A DNA stretch of 64,000 nt. Source: Coriobacteriales bacterium. GTDB taxonomy: Bacteria > Actinomycetota > Coriobacteriia > Coriobacteriales > QAMH01. The notes beneath the pieces were generated by a model. The model searched no databases and was not told the DNA's origin. It worked only from the letters and a program-made list of their open reading frames with translations. The stretch spans positions 6,114 to 70,113 of the forward strand of contig JBJEHM010000023.1 of assembly GCA_051876075.1 (NCBI GenBank). Reading direction: 5' to 3'. The translations under genes and the position numbers were made by a program. Shown here one piece after another: positions 58,749 through 64,000 of the stretch. Position 1 is the stretch's first letter; every line of letters begins with the position of its first letter.

Positions 58749-58983
58749 AGGCTCTTCCTCCTGCCTGCGCCCCGCGCTCACGCTGCAGGGCTTCCTTTGC
58801 TTCTCTGGGCACTGATTATGACAGCTGTATGGTCCCCCTTCCAGCGTGTGGCAGCAGGCACGCCACGCTCATAAGTCACCGTTTCGTCACCCTAGCGCCG
58901 TGCCCTTTGGGTTATAAGGAACTGACGTCTATACGCATCGGCGGGCAGTGCCTGCCGTTTCTTTGGCTATTGGAGGAAACATC

Positions 58984-59808
58984 ATGGCTGGATGCAGCGG
59001 AAGCTGCGGCTCTTGCGGGGACTCTTCCTGCGGAGAGCGCACAGAACCTCAGGCCCTCAAGCAGCACGAGGGCACCAAGATCAACAAGATCATTGCCGTC
59101 GCCAGCGGCAAGGGCGGCGTGGGCAAGTCCCTCACCACCGCCCTGCTCGCCTGCGAGCTGCAGCGCCGCGGCAAGAAGGTCGGCATCCTCGACGGAGACA
59201 TCACGGGCCCGTCCATTCCCCGCTCTTTCGGTGTGCACAGCGCCCCGCAGGTCGACGAGGACGGCATGCTGCTGCCCGCAGTGACCAAGACCGGCATCAA
59301 GATCGTCTCCACCAACATGCTCACTGCAGACGAGGCAACGCCCTTCCTGTGGCGCGGTCCCGTCCTCAACGGCGTGCTGACCCAGTTCTACAGCGACATC
59401 AACTGGGGCGAGCTCGACTACCTGCTCATCGACATGCCCCCGGGCACGGGCGACATCCCCATGACCGTCTTCCAGCAGTTCCCCATCGCGGGCGCCATCG
59501 TGGTCTCGTCCCCGCAGGTCCTGGTGAACATGATCGTCGAGAAGTGCATCCGCATGTGCGCGAGCATGAAGGTCCCCGTCCTGGGCCTCGTCGAGAACAT
59601 GTCCTACTACCAGTGCCCCACCTGCAACGAGAAGCACGAGATCTTCGGCAAGTCTGAAGTCGAGTACATCGCCAAGGAAAAGCACATCGACGCCTGGGCG
59701 CGCATCCCCATGGAGCCCCAGGTCACCGCTCAGGTCGACGCCGGCAAGGTCGAGGACATAGAGAACAGCTGGTACGCCGGCATCGCAGACAAGCTCGAGG
59801 CGCTGTAG
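58984..59808 (+). CDS. mrp: Mrp/NBP35 (ApbC) Fe-S cluster carrier ATPase
   Basis: N-terminal CSGSCGSC, SGKGGVGKS, WRGP, DMPPGTGD, VENMS...CPTC. Confidence 0.94.
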   Translation: MAGCSGSCGSCGDSSCGERTEPQALKQHEGTKINKIIAVASGKGGVGKSLTTALLACELQRRGKKVGILDGDITGPSIPRSFGVHSAPQVDEDGMLLPAVTKTGIKIVSTNMLTADEATPFLWRGPVLNGVLTQFYSDINWGELDYLLIDMPPGTGDIPMTVFQQFPIAGAIVVSSPQVLVNMIVEKCIRMCASMKVPVLGLVENMSYYQCPTCNEKHEIFGKSEVEYIAKEKHIDAWARIPMEPQVTAQVDAGKVEDIENSWYAGIADKLEAL

Positions 59809-59816
59809 GGGCGCAC

Positions 59817-60818
59817 ATGGCAGACACCAAGAGGAAGCTTCCCCCCGCCCCCCAGTACGAGCTCGAGAGCTACGAGCCCGTGCAGATCACCCGCCCGGTC
59901 TACGTGGTGACAGACGAGGTCTTGGAAGCGCGCATCAAGCAGATCATGGACGGCGCCTCAAAGGACTACGTCCCCACCAAGCGCCAGGTTGCCGGCCCCA
60001 AGGACAACATAGAGATCTCCATTCACGTCGACAAAGACGGCGAAGAGGTCAAGGGCCTGTGCAGCGAAAAACAGGTCTACTCGCTGGGCCAGGGCTACAT
60101 GCCCATCGGCTTCGACCGCAACGTCGTGGGCATGAAGGTGGGTGAGTCCAAGTCCTTCGACTTCGACGCTCCGGACTTCGACGACCCAGACGCCAAGGAG
60201 AGGCCCTTCCATGCGGAGGTCACCTTGCGCTGCGTCCTCAAGGAGGCGGAGCCCGAGCTCACAGACGAGTGGGTCTCCAAGCACATCATGCTCTGCAAGG
60301 ACGTCGAGACCTTCCGCGCCCGCACGCGCAAGCAGCTCGAGCAAGAGGCCGTGAAGGCGGCGGACGGCGAGCTCATGGACCGCGCGGTCCGCGCTCTGGC
60401 CACCCGCTTCAAGGGCAGCATCGACGACGTGTGGTACGAGTCCACGCGTGACGACCTCCTGCGCACCTACGAGGAGCAGGCCCGCACCCAGGGCACCGAC
60501 CTCGACGGCTTGCTCGCCGCCCAGGGCATGGACAAGCAGCAGTTCAACATGATGCTGATGCTCCAGGTCAGGGAGATGCTGGTCCAGGGTTTTGTGCTCG
60601 ACGCCTGGGCGCGCCACTACGGCATCGAGCAGACAGAGGAAGACGTCTTGTACGTTGCCAACCTCATGTCCAACAACCGCGGCAAGCTCATGATCGACAA
60701 CCTGAGGGAAGCAGGGGAGGAAGAGCAGCTCAAGGGCCTCGAGATGGCGGCCCGTCGCTACGCTGCCAACAAGCACCTCCTCGAATGCGCGGAGGTCACA
60801 GAGGAGCAGCCCCTCTAG
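59817..60818 (+). CDS. Trigger factor-like chaperone (FKBP + C-terminal domains, lacks ribosome-binding N-domain)
   Basis: VTDE.....I, LGQGYMPIGFD..VVGMKVGE FKBP-like segment, PELTDE, helical C-domain; no GFRxG motif. Confidence 0.75.
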   Translation: MADTKRKLPPAPQYELESYEPVQITRPVYVVTDEVLEARIKQIMDGASKDYVPTKRQVAGPKDNIEISIHVDKDGEEVKGLCSEKQVYSLGQGYMPIGFDRNVVGMKVGESKSFDFDAPDFDDPDAKERPFHAEVTLRCVLKEAEPELTDEWVSKHIMLCKDVETFRARTRKQLEQEAVKAADGELMDRAVRALATRFKGSIDDVWYESTRDDLLRTYEEQARTQGTDLDGLLAAQGMDKQQFNMMLMLQVREMLVQGFVLDAWARHYGIEQTEEDVLYVANLMSNNRGKLMIDNLREAGEEEQLKGLEMAARRYAANKHLLECAEVTEEQPL

Positions 60819-60843
60819 AGTCCTCGGCTCCAATAGCAAGCAT

Positions 60844-60881
60844 GCAGGCCCCGGCGCGTTCGGTAGCGTTCCGGGGCCTGC
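60844..60881 (+). terminator. Hairpin after trigger factor-like gene
   Basis: GCAGGCCCCGG / CCGGGGCCTGC 11-bp stem. Confidence 0.6.
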
Positions 60882-61187
60882 TCGTCTATTCAGCGGCTAA
60901 CGTTGCGGTTCATACCGCTCTGTCACGGTGCGAATGCCGACTAATTATTATCCTTCAAAAAACATAAACCATTTGCCACTTCATCGGTTCTTCGCGGTGG
61001 GTTTTCTGTTGAGGGCGGTATCGATTTGGTCCATTATGGGTTGGAATATCGTGGCCGCGGTATCTCTGTGCCCTCTTTCTATTTGGGAAGGGAGAGAGCA
61101 GGGGAGAGGAGCGGGCGATACTTGCAGTGGGCACCGCTTGCCGGTGTTTGCAAGATGCTGAGAGAGAAGAAGGAAAAGGAGGAGCAA

Positions 61188-64000
61188 GTGACAGACAGGA
61201 AACTCGAAGTCCTTCAGATGGAGGGTGTCGAGGTCAGGAAAACCTGTTGCTACTTCTGCCACCACAACTGCGGCGTTCTCGCCTATGTTAAGGATGGCGA
61301 GCTGCTGTACACCGAGGGCGATCCCAACACGTCCAACGCCGGTGGTCTGTGCGCACGTGGCAACCAGGCAATGACTTTCTACGATGCCCCGACTCGCATC
61401 AACTACCCGCTCAAGCGCGCGGGCAAGAAGGGCGAGAACAAGTGGGAGCGCGTCTCTTGGGACCAGGCTCTGACAGAGATCGCAGACAAGATCAACACCA
61501 TCAAGGCAGAGAGCGGCGCAGAGGCCGTGGCTGCCATCGCCGGTACCCTGCGTACCGACGACTGGGCACGCCGCCGCTTCATGAACCTCTTCGGCACCCC
61601 CAACGTGTGCCACAACTCCCTGCTCTGCTGGGTCCCCACCTTCATGGTCGAGACCGCAGTGGCCGGCTGGTCTCCCTTCGAGACCGACCTGGGCGGCTCT
61701 AAGTGCGTCATCCTGTGGGGCTTCAACCCCGGTGCCGCCAACCTCCCCGCAGCCCACGGCTATTTCGATCTGCAGAGGCAGACCGGCATGAAGATCATCG
61801 TCGTCGACCCCCGCTACACGGAGACCGCTGCTCACGCAGACCTGTGGCTCCCCCTGCGCCCGGGTTCCGACACCGCTCTGGCGCTGGCTATGATCAACGT
61901 CATCTGCAACGAGTACATCTATGACATGGACTTCGTTGACGAGTGGTGCATCGGCTTTGACGAGCTGGTCGAGCACATCGACCAGTACGATCCCGAGTGG
62001 GCCGCCGAGAAGACCTGGCTCGACCCCGAGCTGATCCGCCAGGCTGCCCGCATGTACGCCACCAACACCCCCGGTAACATCCAGTGGGGCTGCACCTGGG
62101 ACCAGCTGGGCAAGTCCTCCGGCGCCGGCTCCCATGCCCGCCAGATCCTGCGCGCCATCACCGGCAACCTCGATGTTCCCGGTGGCGACGGCATGCCCGG
62201 CCCTGCCGCCTACATCACCGACTACGAGCTCGAGTTCAACGAGGAGCTCCCGGAGGAGGTCAAGGCCAAGCAGATCGGCGCTGACAAGTTCCCGCTGACC
62301 ACCTTCCCCGGCTACGACCGCCTGGCTGGCATCTCCAAGGAGAAGTGGGGCAAGGCATTCACCGCCGAGTGGATGTGCGAGGCCCACGGCCCGTCCATCT
62401 TCAAGGCCATCCTCACCGGCGTGCCCTACAAGATCCGCGCCCTCTTCGTCTCTGGCTCCAACCCGTTGAGCTCCTACGGCGACTCCAAGATGGTGTACGA
62501 GGCAACCAAGCAGGTCGAGTTCCTGGTCGTGCTCGAGTACGTCATGACCCCCACCGCCCTGCAGGCAGACTACGTGCTGCCCGTTGCCGGTGCTATCGAG
62601 CGCCCCGTCATCCACACCAACTACGGTGTCACGGACTCCATCGTCTGCCACCAGCGCGGCGTCGAGCCTGCTTACGAGCGCAAGACCGACTACAACATCT
62701 GGCGTGACCTGGGTCTGGCCTGCGGTCAGGACGAGCAGAAGTTCTGGCCCAACGAGCGCCTCGAGGACGAGTTCTTCGACGTTCTCAAGCCGCTCAACCT
62801 CCCCATCACCAGCTACGACGACTTCGTCGAGCGCTTCCGCATGTACTACCCGCCCCTGCAGCAGGCCAAGCACCTCAAGCGCGGCTACTTCTGCACGGCT
62901 TCTGGCAAGGTCGAGCTCAAGTCCTCTGTCCTCGAGGAGCTGGGTCTCCCCGGCCTGCCCGTCTACCTCGAGCCCTCCGAGAACGAGACCGAGCATCCCG
63001 AGGTTGCAGATGAGTTCCCCCTGGTGCTCACCACTGGCGGCGGCTTCATGCCCTACTGCCATTCCGAGCACTTCAACAACCCGATCTTCCGCTTTGTCAT
63101 CCCCGATCCCCACTTCACCATCCACCCGGATACCGCCAAGAAGCTGGGCATCAAGGCCAACGACTGGTGCTGGATCGAGACCCGCCGCGGCCGCATCAAG
63201 CAGCGTGCTAACGTCGAGCCCAGCCTCGACCCCCGCGTGATCTACACCCAGCGCGGTTGGTGGTTCCCCGAGCGCTCCCATGAGGGTTTCCAGCCCTTTG
63301 GCTGCATGGAGTCCAACACCAACATGCTGACCTCCGTTGACGACGAGGACTGCTGCCCCATGACCGGCTGCTGGGCAAACCGCGGTCTGCTCTGCAAGGT
63401 CTACAAGTGCACCGAGACCGACCATGAGTTCACCTATGAGGACTCCCTGTTCTCCATCCCCGGCAATCGCCGCGAGCCTGGCATCGACTGGGATTACGTG
63501 AAGAACCCGCCCCGCGCGCTTCCCTTCAACGAGCCCATCTTCGCCCAGCCCGACTTTGAGGTCCCCGCTGGCCTCGAGTGGGACTACAAGACCCGCAAGG
63601 CTTGGAACGCAGAGAAGACCCAGTACTTCGACGCTGCCTCTGGCTGGATGATCGGCAAGGACAACGGCGCCTACTACCAGTACGGCACCGGCTACCGCTA
63701 CCTGGCACTCGACGGTGTGAACTACCTCGTCGACGAGGCCAACGATGTCTTCTATGACTTCAGCGGTGCCCAGGTTGCCGCCCCTGCAGCACCTGTCGAG
63801 GTTCCCGAGGGTCTCAAGTACGACTTCTTCCGCCAGAAGGTCGTCGAGCCCAGCACCGGCTACTACCTGGATGCAAGCGGCTGGCTGATCGACGAGGCCA
63901 CCGGCTCCTACTTCGAGCGCTACACCCTGCGCAAGTACGATGCCACCCTCAACGTTTTGGTCGACCAGCAGACCGGCAAGTTCTACAGCATGCAGGACCC
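61188..64000 (+). CDS. Bis-MGD molybdopterin oxidoreductase catalytic subunit (DMSO reductase superfamily, acetylene hydratase/catechol dehydroxylase-like), 3'-truncated by window edge
   Basis: Translated by hand from GTG after AAGGAGGAG; frame stays open to the window end (>937 aa). Motifs: C21xxC24xxxC28..C55 Fe-S, RINYPLKR, WERVSWDQAL, VVDPRYTETA..ADLWLPLRPGSD, TALQADYVLP, molydop-binding domain IHPDTAKKLGI..NDW..IET.RG. No Tat signal. Confidence 0.93.
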   Translation, partial: MTDRKLEVLQMEGVEVRKTCCYFCHHNCGVLAYVKDGELLYTEGDPNTSNAGGLCARGNQAMTFYDAPTRINYPLKRAGKKGENKWERVSWDQALTEIADKINTIKAESGAEAVAAIAGTLRTDDWARRRFMNLFGTPNVCHNSLLCWVPTFMVETAVAGWSPFETDLGGSKCVILWGFNPGAANLPAAHGYFDLQRQTGMKIIVVDPRYTETAAHADLWLPLRPGSDTALALAMINVICNEYIYDMDFVDEWCIGFDELVEHIDQYDPEWAAEKTWLDPELIRQAARMYATNTPGNIQWGCTWDQLGKSSGAGSHARQILRAITGNLDVPGGDGMPGPAAYITDYELEFNEELPEEVKAKQIGADKFPLTTFPGYDRLAGISKEKWGKAFTAEWMCEAHGPSIFKAILTGVPYKIRALFVSGSNPLSSYGDSKMVYEATKQVEFLVVLEYVMTPTALQADYVLPVAGAIERPVIHTNYGVTDSIVCHQRGVEPAYERKTDYNIWRDLGLACGQDEQKFWPNERLEDEFFDVLKPLNLPITSYDDFVERFRMYYPPLQQAKHLKRGYFCTASGKVELKSSVLEELGLPGLPVYLEPSENETEHPEVADEFPLVLTTGGGFMPYCHSEHFNNPIFRFVIPDPHFTIHPDTAKKLGIKANDWCWIETRRGRIKQRANVEPSLDPRVIYTQRGWWFPERSHEGFQPFGCMESNTNMLTSVDDEDCCPMTGCWANRGLLCKVYKCTETDHEFTYEDSLFSIPGNRREPGIDWDYVKNPPRALPFNEPIFAQPDFEVPAGLEWDYKTRKAWNAEKTQYFDAASGWMIGKDNGAYYQYGTGYRYLALDGVNYLVDEANDVFYDFSGAQVAAPAAPVEVPEGLKYDFFRQKVVEPSTGYYLDASGWLIDEATGSYFERYTLRKYDATLNVLVDQQTGKFYSMQD
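63558..64000 (+). repeat. Protein-level tandem repeat, 240-nt (80-aa) period, in the molybdoenzyme C-terminal tail
   Basis: Unit 1 EVPAGLEWDY...ASGWMIGKDNGAYY...YLVDEANDVFY. Unit 2 from 63798 EVPEGLKYDF...ASGWLIDEATGSYF...VLVDQQTGKFY. Confidence 0.85.

Noticed and set aside
60928-61161. 77-aa hydrophobic ORF upstream of the molybdoenzyme
   Set aside because: No RBS, atypical AT-rich codons, and it occupies the promoter region; most likely spurious
61188-64000. Tat export signal or selenocysteine (UGA) in the molybdoenzyme
   Set aside because: No twin-arginine motif at the N-terminus, and no in-frame TGA in the translated region

Overview
High-GC, gene-dense bacterial chromosome segment. The gene content and protein styles suggest class Coriobacteriia, probably Eggerthellaceae-like (inference). 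Most of it is housekeeping: argH, uraA/upp, tyrS, a Moco cluster (mobB-moaA-moaC-mog), ndk-mreBCD-mrdA-rodA, the TIGR03960/TIGR03936 radical SAM pair, rplU-rpmA, glmS-acpS-nnrD-alr-udg-tsaE, tilS-hpt-ftsH-folE-folPK, yceD-rlmD-rpmF-plsX-rnc-smc-ftsY-ffh, and four tRNAs (Pro-TGG, Gly-TCC, Arg-TCT, Arg-CCG). No CRISPR array, transposase or integrase was seen. The most interesting feature is at the right edge and is absent from the ORF track because it runs off the window. It is a cytoplasmic bis-MGD molybdoenzyme of the acetylene hydratase/catechol dehydroxylase type. It has His where acetylene hydratase has its catalytic Asp, plus a C-terminal tail of 80-aa aromatic tandem repeats, and it follows an Mrp Fe-S carrier and a trigger-factor paralog lacking the ribosome-binding domain. 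Other points of note: a TsaB-RimI-TsaD triple fusion, L21 fused to a Rho-N/SAP-like domain, a 33-aa ORF resembling the YjgR/DUF853 C-terminal helix, an orphan MobC-like RHH gene at the end of the moa operon, a lone gshA with a palindromic operator between two tRNA-Arg genes, a FolP-FolK fusion, and several candidate cis-regulatory structures. All family assignments come from motif recognition by eye; no database search was run.
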